Shown: piece after piece, positions 9,875 through 19,031 of the stretch
Layout: every line of letters begins with the position of its first letter
Position numbering within the stretch: position 1 is the stretch's first letter
Virus record (IMG/VR): IMGVR_UViG_3300021364_000011
Direction: 5' to 3' (one strand)
DNA: 64,000 nucleotides
Origin: an uncultured virus (IMG/VR IMGVR_UViG_3300021364_000011)
Lineage: Duplodnaviria; Heunggongvirae; Uroviricota; Caudoviricetes
Position numbers and translations under genes: made by a program
Notes under the pieces: model-generated
What the model was told of the DNA's origin: nothing
Seen by the model: the letters and a program-made list of their open reading frames with translations, nothing else
The model's database searches: none

Positions 9875-10309
9875 TTAATCGTTATCGCCAGGTAGATTTG
9901 TAGTATCTTCTCCGTTGTCTACGATAACTTGTATGTGGTCTCTATCTGCTATTAAAGCATCTCTCTTAGCAGTATGTGTTGCGACTACATCTGCAATTTC
10001 TGAATCAGTTGCTGTATTTTTCCACCAATATGACATATTGAACAAATAGTTTTCTTGGTCAGTTCCGTTAGAACCATCTAGGTCTGGATAGTCTGCTATA
10101 AAAGAATCATGCAATGCTTTATAACCGCCTGTACCTGTGTAACTCCATGTTCTACTAGTAATATTACCATCTGCATCATCGACACGATTCTCTAATAGAT
10201 AAGTAATTTTATGAGTCACCCCACTAGAAGGATTCATCATATCGATTTGTCTTTGTTCTATTCCAACTCTATAGTCTAAGATTGATTTAATGTCTGAATA
10301 TTGTCCCAT
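9875..10309 (-). CDS. Hypothetical protein
   Basis: 144-aa ORF with GGAG SD and upstream CTAAATA late-like promoter. Confidence 0.6.
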   Translation of the reverse strand: MGQYSDIKSILDYRVGIEQRQIDMMNPSSGVTHKITYLLENRVDDADGNITSRTWSYTGTGGYKALHDSFIADYPDLDGSNGTDQENYLFNMSYWWKNTATDSEIADVVATHTAKRDALIADRDHIQVIVDNGEDTTNLPGDND

Positions 10310-10347
10310 GTTATCTCCATTTGGTATGAATATAACTATTTAGACAA

Positions 10348-10521
10348 TCAGTTCTTTGATAAAGGTCTAGAATGTAGTTTTTTTTCTAGTGAATCGATTT
10401 TGACTTGTAGCATTTCTGCCTTGCGAAGTTCACCTGCTTGTTTAAGATTTCTAAGGTCTTTCTTGTATTGAACTTTTTTACTAATGATGTCAATAACTTC
10501 GCTTTGCTTTAAATTCTTCAT
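10348..10521 (-). CDS. Small basic coiled-coil protein, 57 aa (MKNLKQSEVIDIISKK...)
   Basis: Hand-translated; ATGA overlap with the upstream lipoprotein stop. Confidence 0.55.
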   Translation of the reverse strand: MKNLKQSEVIDIISKKVQYKKDLRNLKQAGELRKAEMLQVKIDSLEKKLHSRPLSKN

Positions 10522-11993
10522 AAATTTAGAATACAGACATCGTATGCCTCTTGGTCTGTAAACACCTCATTTGTATCTAAATTGATACATTTCTTCTTAG
10601 CACCTGACCACCCATACTCCTGATACATAAAGTTGTTTCTGGTTCTGGTTTGTGAGTCATCGCCATACAATAGATATTGATTTTGATAAAACAATTCAAT
10701 ATCATTTGATAATATATTTATATCATTATAAAGATTCTCTAATTCTATCAAGTCTCTAGTCGACCTGATTGCCATGGCATCGTATGTCAAATAACTATTA
10801 TCTGCTGATGCTATACTCAACATGAATGTATCATCTACATCCCAATGAATAGAAAAATCTCTAGCACCATTATTTGATTTGAATTCCCACCTAGTAGATT
10901 CTCCTGTAAATTCACCAAACTTTACGAGATAACTTTCACCTGTGTCATAATGATTTTCATAATCTAACTGAACAAATTTATCGTCTATAATCTTATTGAC
11001 TGAATGATATCTCTCAGTGATATATACATCTGAGTTATCAATAAGGTTATTGATAGTTATAATATACTCTGAACCATCAGAATCTAACAAGAGACCTTGA
11101 CTTGTAGCAACTAGATTTTCATATCTATGAAGTCTGTAAAAGTTAAAGTCGTCTATTTGTTCTTCTGCTTGTGATACATTGATTATATCAAAAGTGATAG
11201 TATCAAAATCTTGACCTGATAAAATTGTATCAACAAAAGAATCATCTAACTGAACTGTAAAATTTGTATTGTATTCATTTTCTAAGACTTCTTCTACATC
11301 GAAGGTAGTTTTTAAGAACGATACTATTTTCTCAGCAACTGCTTGTAGAGTTTCGTTGCCATTTGCAATGTAATCTTCATAGAATGTGAACACATCTATG
11401 TCAAACTCTTCTTGTAATGCTAGAAGAACCTCATACACTTGACCTAAAACATTGACTGCTATTTCATCTGATTGACTACCACAACCTTCGCTTACTGAGA
11501 TTGATACATCTGCCATTGCTTCAGTCACATAACCTGTAAACATAGTTGTAAATGGTGTGACATTTACATTAGCACCCATATCTGAATCATAATAGGGTGG
11601 AAAGTGATACATAACATACGCTTCGTTTACATAACCTAAATCATCATCGTATGCACCAACAGGAACTTCTGCTACTACTGGTCTATTAATAAAACATTGG
11701 TAAGACCAATTAACAATAGAGTTTGTATCTGCTTCATTAAATTTGTAAACTAAATCTTCTTCTACAGCAGAAGGTTCTCCATCGTCTTGTTGAAGATTCC
11801 AATTGTAGTCTACATAAACATTAGCACCAGATATGTATCCATCAATAACTCTGATGTTACCAAACGATGTGTTTGTTTGAACTGGTGGTGAACTAATATT
11901 AGACTCTTGAATGTCTAATACGCCTAGACTTGTACCCCCACCGCCACAGGCAGATAGAAGTATCACATTTAATAATATAATCGCATTTCTCAT
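10518..11993 (-). CDS. Acidic outer-membrane lipoprotein
   Basis: Lipobox LLSAC-GGGG; IDGYISGANVYVDYNWNLQQDDGEP motif of bacterial surface lipoproteins. Confidence 0.7.
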   Translation of the reverse strand: MRNAIILLNVILLSACGGGGTSLGVLDIQESNISSPPVQTNTSFGNIRVIDGYISGANVYVDYNWNLQQDDGEPSAVEEDLVYKFNEADTNSIVNWSYQCFINRPVVAEVPVGAYDDDLGYVNEAYVMYHFPPYYDSDMGANVNVTPFTTMFTGYVTEAMADVSISVSEGCGSQSDEIAVNVLGQVYEVLLALQEEFDIDVFTFYEDYIANGNETLQAVAEKIVSFLKTTFDVEEVLENEYNTNFTVQLDDSFVDTILSGQDFDTITFDIINVSQAEEQIDDFNFYRLHRYENLVATSQGLLLDSDGSEYIITINNLIDNSDVYITERYHSVNKIIDDKFVQLDYENHYDTGESYLVKFGEFTGESTRWEFKSNNGARDFSIHWDVDDTFMLSIASADNSYLTYDAMAIRSTRDLIELENLYNDINILSNDIELFYQNQYLLYGDDSQTRTRNNFMYQEYGWSGAKKKCINLDTNEVFTDQEAYDVCILNL

Positions 11994-12041
11994 AATACAA
12001 TCATTATAACTGATATTTAGGTATATTGTCTAGGGGTTTTT

Positions 12042-12118
12042 TGGCGTCCCTGGCAAGACTCGAACTTGCAACCTACTGCTTAGAAGGCAGTTGCTCTATC
12101 CTGTTGAGCTACAGAGAC
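12042..12118 (-). tRNA. tRNA-Arg(UCU)
   Basis: Cloverleaf; anticodon arm ACTGC-CTTCTAA-GCAGT; GTTCGA T-loop; encoded CCA. Confidence 0.95.
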
Positions 12119-12127
12119 AGAAAGATT

Positions 12128-12221
12128 ATGAGGTCACCCACCCAAAATAGAAAAGGAGAAGGAGAGTGACCCCAATTGTGCATATGAAACTATAGAGATT
12201 CCATATCCACTTTAGTAATTG
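12128..12221 (-). ncRNA. Candidate two-hairpin small RNA with anti-Shine-Dalgarno loop
   Basis: Two stems whose G-U pairs work only on the minus strand; loop contains CUCCUU twice. Confidence 0.45.
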
Positions 12222-12232
12222 ACCGAATTCTC

Positions 12233-12628
12233 TCATAGAAAAAACTCTTTGTCTCTTGGAACATTGTGTAGTTTAGCGTATACTAAACTGTCATTAGTTT
12301 CTTTGAATAACTCTAGCGCCAAATCAGCAGCACAGGCATCATCGTATGATTTACCGCCTATGTTCCATTGTGTTTCAGCATAATCATCATTAAGATTTCT
12401 TGCAAAATGCCAATCATATAAAGTAAATGTTCCATACTTTGAATCGCCATTATCATCATGAACTTGATAATCAATACAGAAATCTGTTGATATCTTATCA
12501 CCGATGCCCTCGAACCAAGGGTCACCGAACATTGTTTTTAAATCGTTAGTCGAAGCAAAGAGATAACTTTGCTTCGAAGTGCCTGCACCACCATCAGTGC
12601 AAGGTATAAATTGTATTGTTTGCGCCAT
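12233..12628 (-). CDS. Hypothetical early protein
   Basis: 131-aa ORF, AGGAG SD. Confidence 0.6.
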   Translation of the reverse strand: MAQTIQFIPCTDGGAGTSKQSYLFASTNDLKTMFGDPWFEGIGDKISTDFCIDYQVHDDNGDSKYGTFTLYDWHFARNLNDDYAETQWNIGGKSYDDACAADLALELFKETNDSLVYAKLHNVPRDKEFFL

Positions 12629-13086
12629 TAAAAATCTCCTTCAGCAACTTGAACTACAGTAAAACCTTTCGCTCTCCACATGTCGACAACTTTTTGTCTA
12701 TCATCGAAGATTAAATCAATCTTACCACCCATTTCGATAAACTTATCAGCAAGTTTAGACTTGAACTCATCATCAGGAGTGAAGTCGTCATTAGGTCTCA
12801 AAAAGACACCTTTATGACCCTCGCCAATCCATTCTCTAATCTGTCTCTCAGTGACTTCTCTTTCTGACTCATTTCTAGCAGAGAAGAAAGCAACTTCATC
12901 ACCTTGAGCAATAAATCTTTTTGCGATATCACAAACCCATTGAACAGGAGTATCATCTTCTGTTGCTTTTCTAAAAGCATTCCAATCAGGTTTGAAACCC
13001 TTATCGCCATTTACAAGATGTCTTCTATGCTCAACATCAGCGATAGTGCCGTCTACATCAAAAATTATTGTTTGTTTTTTCATCAT
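12628..13086 (-). CDS. HAD-family phosphatase (PseT/PNK 3'-phosphatase-like domain)
   Basis: IIFDVDGT, FFSAR, IFDDRQKVVDMWR..G..V.QVAEGDF. Confidence 0.8.
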   Translation of the reverse strand: MMKKQTIIFDVDGTIADVEHRRHLVNGDKGFKPDWNAFRKATEDDTPVQWVCDIAKRFIAQGDEVAFFSARNESEREVTERQIREWIGEGHKGVFLRPNDDFTPDDEFKSKLADKFIEMGGKIDLIFDDRQKVVDMWRAKGFTVVQVAEGDF

Positions 13087-13092
13087 AGGTAT

Positions 13093-13122
13093 ATGGTATC
13101 AAAAAATAGGGGTCATTGTCAA
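13093..13122 (-). promoter_or_regulatory. Early sigma70-type promoter TTGACA-N18-TACCAT
   Basis: Member of a repeated promoter family; ATG 6 nt after the -10. Confidence 0.8.
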
Positions 13123-13125
13123 CCC

Positions 13126-13335
13126 CTACACACCCATATTCATTGCATCATCGAAGAAAATGTTTGCCATTTTACTGATTAGTAAATCTCTTTCTACATC
13201 ATCAACATCGTCAACTTTGTGACCGAAGTTTAGAAATAGAACTTGTTTAACTTTCACATCTGACATGGCATCAACCGCATCGATGGCATCACTAATTGCT
13301 CTGTCGGCAATCATATCGTTTATTGGATGACTCAT
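13126..13335 (-). CDS. Hypothetical early protein, similar to 43516..43740
   Basis: 69 aa; D.VD.MSD pattern shared with 43516..43740. Confidence 0.55.
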   Translation of the reverse strand: MSHPINDMIADRAISDAIDAVDAMSDVKVKQVLFLNFGHKVDDVDDVERDLLISKMANIFFDDAMNMGV

Positions 13336-13430
13336 CTTATATCTCCTATCAAAATCATTAAAAATACCCCTAGTAGTGGCATAATGAAGTCACTATCTAG
13401 TAGTCCGTGTCTTTGTATAAATCTCATCAT
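13332..13430 (-). CDS. Leaderless 32-aa membrane peptide (MMRFIQRHGLLDSDFIMPLLGVFLMILIGDIR)
   Basis: Hand-translated; starts 6 nt after the -10; ATGA coupling to the next gene. Confidence 0.5.
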   Translation of the reverse strand: MMRFIQRHGLLDSDFIMPLLGVFLMILIGDIR

Positions 13431-13436
13431 AGGTAT

Positions 13437-13466
13437 ATGGTACTAAAAAATTAGCCCCATTGTCAA
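13437..13466 (-). promoter_or_regulatory. Early sigma70-type promoter TTGACA-N18-TACCAT
   Basis: Near-copy of the 13093..13122 promoter. Confidence 0.8.
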
Positions 13467-13469
13467 CCC

Positions 13470-13913
13470 CTATGGATAGGATATTAGATGTGCATCTGAA
13501 CCATCTTGTAAAAATCTATTCAGTGTTTTATGAGTTTGCCATCCGTGTCTATTATGTGACCATCTTCTGACTGCATGATTGTCGACATGAATGTGTGCAT
13601 AATGAAATGGATATTGTTCTTGTAAAAAATCCATAAGGGCATCAGATGCCCCATTTACTTTTCTTTTCATACAGGTATCCATCCAATAGTATGCGAGGTC
13701 ATTATCGAATTCTTCTGCATATCGTATCATACCAACAACATATCCGACAACTTCATCTTTATCGTCTATTGCAACCCATGAGTCTGTAAGTAATGGCACT
13801 AAAAATTGCCACAGTTGTTTAGGCCAGAGGTCCATATGAAAGTGTGATGTCTGTTGTATTTCAAAACAGGCATCTACATCGTTCGGTGTTATTTTTCTAA
13901 TTCTATAATTCAC
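13470..13913 (-). CDS. GNAT-family (RimI-like) acetyltransferase
   Basis: YRIRKITPNDVD.CFEI, VVGY, GAS.ALM, HIHVDN.A, DGSDA. Confidence 0.6.
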   Translation of the reverse strand: MNYRIRKITPNDVDACFEIQQTSHFHMDLWPKQLWQFLVPLLTDSWVAIDDKDEVVGYVVGMIRYAEEFDNDLAYYWMDTCMKRKVNGASDALMDFLQEQYPFHYAHIHVDNHAVRRWSHNRHGWQTHKTLNRFLQDGSDAHLISYP

Positions 13914-13920
13914 AATAAAA

Positions 13921-14010
13921 TGGCGGAGAGGGTGGGATTTGAACCCACGATACGATTTCTCGTATGCTGGTTTTCAAGACCAGTGCATTCAACCACTCTG
14001 CCACCTCTCC
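13921..14010 (-). tRNA. tRNA-Ser(UGA)
   Basis: Cloverleaf with long variable arm; CTGGT-CTTGAAA-ACCAG; CCA. Confidence 0.95.
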
Positions 14011-14016
14011 GAAAAA

Positions 14017-14092
14017 TGGTGGAGCTAAAGAGATTCGAACTCTTGACCTCCGCCGTGCAAAGGCGGCGCTCTCCCAACTGAGCTATAGCCCC
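14017..14092 (-). tRNA. tRNA-Ala(UGC)
   Basis: GGGGCTATAGCTCAG...; CCGCC-TTTGCAC-GGCGG; CCA. Confidence 0.95.
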
Positions 14093-14094
14093 AC

Positions 14095-14169
14095 TGGCAC
14101 CCTGTAGGAGAATCGAACTCCTGTTGCATGGATGAAAACCATGTGTCCTAACCACTAGACGAACAGGGC
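14095..14169 (-). tRNA. tRNA-Glu(UUC)
   Basis: CATGG-TTTTCAT-CCATG anticodon arm; GTTCGA; CCA. Confidence 0.93.
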
Positions 14170-14170
14170 A

Positions 14171-15448
14171 TTATCTTCCAACTTCTCCAAGATACTTTTG
14201 TTTAGTTTCTTCCCATGACATACTTATAACATCATCATAGAAGAGAGTTGTATCTAATGAAGTTCTCTGATTGTTAACTAAATTTGTAATTCTTTTTCTA
14301 GCGTATCTTTCTTTCCAAAGATTTGTTAGACCCTCTACTGAGGTGTCGAATGACTTAACTAACTTATCTTCTTCTATTTCACCTCTAAGATATTCTCTAC
14401 TGTTATCATAGAATGTAGAGAAGTATATACCTCTTTGATGTTCTGACTTAATAATCTCTTTTGGTATATCTAACTTAGAATACATGAATTGTCTCATACG
14501 ATTTCTATGGTCTCTCTTTAATGTTTGACCATTCTCTCTCTTCGCAACATACAGTAAAAAGTATCTCTCGTTATAATGATGTTCAGCGTAGTCGAGCATC
14601 GCTCGTTCAGTATCTTTGGAAATCTCGAATGATAGAGACCCTTTACTGAATCCCATTTTCTTCCAATGTTTCAATCTATCGTATTGTGATAGATGATTTG
14701 CTTTTGATTTACCATAGAGAGATGTAGTTGTCATTGACACCAAGGTGTCTCCATAGTTTTCTTTCCATTGATTCTGAACTTCATCTGCAAGACAAAGTAA
14801 AGCAAGTAGTTTACCACCTGTGTAATTAAACCCTAGAGGTTGAGTTGGTAGAATACTAGAACCGATTGCTGTGCAATTTAGTTTACCACTGTTAGTTTTG
14901 TATTCTCTATCCCACCCTATATAGTCATCTCTTGGAGTAAGGTCGATAAAATCACCAGTAATACAAATAACGCCAAGATATTTCTCACTAACCTTATCTC
15001 TAATAATGTAATGTAAGTTTCTTCCAATGTTCGAAGAGTTCTTTTGAGTGTGAGTGAAAGTTCGTAAACAATTCCATTTCTCTGTAAGCGTGCCAGCACT
15101 CTGTCTATCTTTCTCCGAATCGGTGTATAATAGTTCTGGTTCAAGTTTCTCAAAATCTTCGTGAGAGTTTGGGAACCATATATTGTTTTTAGTTTCATCG
15201 ATTAACTTCGCATGTTCCTGATTGATTAATTGTGTTTCTTGTCCGAACAATGTTGAAACTGATTGTGTCGGATACTTCATATGAATCTCTTGATACTTCT
15301 GATAGAGTGTATATTCTTCTACACTCATATTACAAACAAGATTCAGGTCTGTAATAATCTTTTGTCTTAGTTCTTCTTTAGATAATATTTCTTTCTCAGT
15401 TCTATTCGCCTGATACTCGTCATATTGTTTTTGAACGAATGGTTCCAT
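14171..15448 (-). CDS. DUF4338 (DruA-like) domain protein
   Basis: GRNLHYIIRD..YLG, RDDYIGW, PTQPLGFNYTGGKLLA, TTSLYG..SQY. Confidence 0.6.
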   Translation of the reverse strand: MEPFVQKQYDEYQANRTEKEILSKEELRQKIITDLNLVCNMSVEEYTLYQKYQEIHMKYPTQSVSTLFGQETQLINQEHAKLIDETKNNIWFPNSHEDFEKLEPELLYTDSEKDRQSAGTLTEKWNCLRTFTHTQKNSSNIGRNLHYIIRDKVSEKYLGVICITGDFIDLTPRDDYIGWDREYKTNSGKLNCTAIGSSILPTQPLGFNYTGGKLLALLCLADEVQNQWKENYGDTLVSMTTTSLYGKSKANHLSQYDRLKHWKKMGFSKGSLSFEISKDTERAMLDYAEHHYNERYFLLYVAKRENGQTLKRDHRNRMRQFMYSKLDIPKEIIKSEHQRGIYFSTFYDNSREYLRGEIEEDKLVKSFDTSVEGLTNLWKERYARKRITNLVNNQRTSLDTTLFYDDVISMSWEETKQKYLGEVGR

Positions 15449-16827
15449 TATACTTTGAAGTCACTAAATTTTTCTGCACCTCTGACTCTATCGAATACAG
15501 GAGTGTCATCATTATCATTTGCATCGAACAACTCCTCTTGTGCTTCTTGTTCACAATCATAGAGTTTCATTCTTGCCCTATCGATACCGATTACAAATCT
15601 TTTGAAGATTGTAGGGTCGTTGTATCTATTCTTTAACTGTTTGACTACGAGTTGGTCTAACTCTTCTAGTTCATCACTTGTAATCAATGCGAACATTAAG
15701 TCAGCAGTTGCTGGCAACCCAAACGATTCAGAAGTGTCTTCGAGTCCAATATCTGTAGAACCATACCCACTTCTTGTTGTCTGAGTAGCACTCACCATTG
15801 GCACATCATATTCGACAGCAAGACCTCTAAGTTCTTCTGCAATACTCTTTACAAGTGTATAAGAGTTTGCACCTGCACCTGGTCTGATACGATGTGATGC
15901 ACAAATGTTTAGATAGTCAATAAAGACAATATCTGGTTGAAAATCTTTTTTGATATCTAACTCTTGTAATAGATGTCTGAAATGCCCTACATGAGCAGAT
16001 GCAGTTGGATATTCTTTTACAATGAGTTTACCTTTTGTTTTGTTTTTAAGTCTCTCAACTTTAGTTGTATAATCTTTCTTTGTGATATTCGGAAGTTCTT
16101 TGATAGGCACATTCATTATGTTTGCATCGATTCTCTCTGCAATTCTTTCTTCTGCCATTTCAAGTGTGATGTATAATACATTCTTACCCATCATCAAAGC
16201 GCTTGATGCCATATGACACATGAACAATGACTTACCAACACCTGTACCTGCAAGACAAATGTTTAGAGTCTTATTTGGCAACCCACCTTTTGTAATCTTG
16301 TTGAAGTATTCTAAGTCGAAAGGTATCTTTTCTTCTTCTGTATTATAGAAGTCAAATCTAGAATCTGCATCTTCTAATACATCATGACCTATGTGAGAAT
16401 CAAAAGACACGGAAAGGGCATCTTTCAACAACTCTGGTATTTCGCCGGTAGACCTTTGAGATTTCTTGTCGATAACCTCAATAGAATCCATAACTGCAAT
16501 ATAGATTGCTCTATCTTTGCACCATGATTCTGTTTCATCTACTAACCAATCAAATGGCGTATCATCTGTATTGAGATTATTCAGTAGTTTTTTTGCCTCT
16601 TGAACAACATTCTCTGACTGAGATGTTTCGTTGTCAAGATTTATGAGAAGTGCTTCTACTGTTGGATTCTTTGTATACTTATCAAAGTAATCTCTTGTTA
16701 GTCTATAGACTAATCTTTCAGATGAATCGGCGAAATACTCAGATTTGATGAACGGAATTACCTTCCGTGTAAACTCTTCACTCTGAATCAGATTCTTGAT
16801 TATTGTCTGTTCTATTCTCGTTTCCAT
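15448..16827 (-). CDS. 41: T4 gp41-like replicative helicase
   Basis: [38 protein letters not shown]; start at METRIEQ. Confidence 0.95.
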   Translation of the reverse strand: METRIEQTIIKNLIQSEEFTRKVIPFIKSEYFADSSERLVYRLTRDYFDKYTKNPTVEALLINLDNETSQSENVVQEAKKLLNNLNTDDTPFDWLVDETESWCKDRAIYIAVMDSIEVIDKKSQRSTGEIPELLKDALSVSFDSHIGHDVLEDADSRFDFYNTEEEKIPFDLEYFNKITKGGLPNKTLNICLAGTGVGKSLFMCHMASSALMMGKNVLYITLEMAEERIAERIDANIMNVPIKELPNITKKDYTTKVERLKNKTKGKLIVKEYPTASAHVGHFRHLLQELDIKKDFQPDIVFIDYLNICASHRIRPGAGANSYTLVKSIAEELRGLAVEYDVPMVSATQTTRSGYGSTDIGLEDTSESFGLPATADLMFALITSDELEELDQLVVKQLKNRYNDPTIFKRFVIGIDRARMKLYDCEQEAQEELFDANDNDDTPVFDRVRGAEKFSDFKV

Positions 16828-17830
16828 ATTTAAAATATTGATTACACACTGTTTCAAGTTCTTGCATCACTTCATCTGTGAAGAACTTTTCTGGATTATT
16901 GTTTATTGTTTTACCAAACTCTGTTTTGCCATTTGGTAATTCAACCCTTGTTGATGCTTTCTTAAAGACACCACTTGCCAATGCGAGGTCTAATAGACCA
17001 TAATATCTGTCGAGACCCTCATCGTATGTTAATCTAACATCGACCATTCTGTTTTCTACAGTCAATCTAGATTTGGCATTCTTACAGTGTATAATATTTC
17101 CGATAACTTCTGTACCCTCTTTTTCTTTTTTCTTTGACAAATAGATAATTGAAGAGGCGGCATACTTCAAACCTGAACCACCACCCATTTCTTTTTGTGG
17201 GAACATTGAACCAATTACATCGTATGTATGATTGGTCACTATCATCGGAACTTTTGCACGACCAAGTTTTAAAGTTAAAACTCTGAATGCACCTTTTACG
17301 ACTTGAGCTCTCGTCATATCTCTTGTCTCTTTACCTGCTGCTGTGTCTTCAATCTCTTTAGTAGTTGATAACATACCAAGAGAGTCTAAACAAAACATCA
17401 TCGGAGGTCTATCGTCCTCAGGAGTTTCGAGATATCTATCGAGAATACTGATTGCCTGTTGTCTGAATTCTTGAACTGTTACGACAGGCACGATAACAAT
17501 TCTGTTTGAATCGATTCCTCTTTCTTCTATCATACCTTTGGAGATAGCAGATTCAGATTCGAAATAGATTACAGCAGAATCAGGATTATCTTCTAAGAAT
17601 TGTTTGCACATTCCTAATGCGAAGAAAGTTTTTCCTGTTGCTGACTCACCTGCGATTGCAGTGATTTTGTTTGCTGGTAGTCCACCGTATAGTGAACCTG
17701 ATAATAATGCATTAAAGATATAACTACCTGTATCTACAAAATTATCTACATCGCCAGCGGCGACGCCATCTGCAACGATATTCGCATATTCATTGCCAGA
17801 CGCTTTAACTAAGTCTTTTATAAACGACAT
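16778..17830 (-). CDS. uvsX: UvsX RecA-like recombinase
   Basis: [32 protein letters not shown]. Confidence 0.95.
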   Translation of the reverse strand: MSFIKDLVKASGNEYANIVADGVAAGDVDNFVDTGSYIFNALLSGSLYGGLPANKITAIAGESATGKTFFALGMCKQFLEDNPDSAVIYFESESAISKGMIEERGIDSNRIVIVPVVTVQEFRQQAISILDRYLETPEDDRPPMMFCLDSLGMLSTTKEIEDTAAGKETRDMTRAQVVKGAFRVLTLKLGRAKVPMIVTNHTYDVIGSMFPQKEMGGGSGLKYAASSIIYLSKKKEKEGTEVIGNIIHCKNAKSRLTVENRMVDVRLTYDEGLDRYYGLLDLALASGVFKKASTRVELPNGKTEFGKTINNNPEKFFTDEVMQELETVCNQYFKYGNENRTDNNQESDSE

Positions 17831-17876
17831 AATTCACACCTCTCATAATGTATTTTCATAAACTAATATTAGTTTA

Positions 17877-18068
17877 CTACTTCTCTTCTAATTTGTCTAG
17901 TCGGTTTTCGATTTCTTCCCTTTCTTTATCACATAAAGGTGTTCTATACCTTGTATGCTCTTTCATCATTGTAAGTAATACCTTCATCTCAGTTTCAAGA
18001 TGAACAATGAATCCAAAGATTATCATAATCATAAACATATAAAAAATATCTATAGCGTTGATTATCAT
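17877..18068 (-). CDS. Small membrane protein
   Basis: 63 aa with N-terminal hydrophobic helix. Confidence 0.55.
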   Translation of the reverse strand: MIINAIDIFYMFMIMIIFGFIVHLETEMKVLLTMMKEHTRYRTPLCDKEREEIENRLDKLEEK

Positions 18069-18505
18069 AGTTCTATTTGCCCCAATTGAATTAATTTCTC
18101 ACGGTTCTTCATGTGTCCTTCTTCAATCTCTTCTTTATTACCGCCAGTGTATTTTACTGCATGATAATCTAAAATCATCTGTTCATTGACATTTACTTTA
18201 TGACCAAAGACAGGATGACCTTCAATGTGATGAGTGAATAACTCACCTAAGATTCTTCCGAACTTACCTTTGTCATGTGATACAAGAGATATTGAATCTG
18301 CTTCTTCTAATAATTTTTTTAGATGTTTCTTACTTGCTTTACCGAATTTCTTTTCAGTTAAATCTCTAGTTCGAGATTCTGGAGTATCGATGCCAAGCAT
18401 TCTTACTCTCTGTTTTTTATACACCATACCGAACCCTAGGTCGATATCTACATCAACGGTATCTCCGTCTACTACTTTTACTACTGATACTTTATACTCA
18501 TACAT
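18065..18505 (-). CDS. Thermonuclease (SNase-like) family nuclease
   Basis: VVDGDTVD, RMLGIDTPE, KFGRILG. Confidence 0.85.
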   Translation of the reverse strand: MYEYKVSVVKVVDGDTVDVDIDLGFGMVYKKQRVRMLGIDTPESRTRDLTEKKFGKASKKHLKKLLEEADSISLVSHDKGKFGRILGELFTHHIEGHPVFGHKVNVNEQMILDYHAVKYTGGNKEEIEEGHMKNREKLIQLGQIEL

Positions 18506-18896
18506 TTTTATTCTCCCAATCTTCTAATGCTTTTTTGATTGATTCTTCTGCGAGAACTGAACAATGTAATTTTATCGGAGGCAACTCTAACACTTCAGCA
18601 ATATCTCTATCTTTGATAAGTTTTGCCTCTTCTATTGTTTTACCTTTGAGTAAATCTACAAACATTGAACTTGATGCAATAGCAGAACCACATCCGTAAG
18701 TTTTAAATTTTACATCAATGATTCTTTCTTCTTCATCTAGTTTCAGTTGCAACTTCATAACATCACCACAAGCAGGTGCACCTGCCATTCCAGTTGCTAC
18801 ATTAGGGTCTTTAGGGTCAAATCGACCCACTGAAAATTGTTTTGGTGCATTTAATACACCTTCAAATCTATCTAGTACCTTCTGACTGTAGGGCAT
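18498..18896 (-). CDS. iscU: Fe-S cluster scaffold IscU/NifU
   Basis: GAPACGDVM, FKTYGCGSAIASSS, LPPIKLHCSVLAE. Confidence 0.95.
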   Translation of the reverse strand: MPYSQKVLDRFEGVLNAPKQFSVGRFDPKDPNVATGMAGAPACGDVMKLQLKLDEEERIIDVKFKTYGCGSAIASSSMFVDLLKGKTIEEAKLIKDRDIAEVLELPPIKLHCSVLAEESIKKALEDWENKNV

Positions 18897-19023
18897 GTTC
18901 TAACTTCTCTATTCTTTTTATTAGTTCTTTGAAACCTTCAAAACATTCGAGACCAATAGGAGGGTGAGAATCTTTTTCAAGTTTCTCAATTCGTTCTATT
19001 AGTTTCTTATATTCATGATTCAC
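18868..19023 (-). CDS. Small protein, 51 aa (GTG start; ...RIEKLEKDSHPPIGLECFEGFKELIKRIEKLE...)
   Basis: Hand-translated; follows late-like CATAAATA; internal RIEKLE duplication. Confidence 0.5.
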   Translation of the reverse strand: MNHEYKKLIERIEKLEKDSHPPIGLECFEGFKELIKRIEKLEHALQSEGTR

Positions 19024-19031
19024 ACATCTAT

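Noticed and set aside
13854..14155. ORFs 13854..14081 (+) and 13910..14155 (-)
   Set aside because: They overlap three clear tRNA genes
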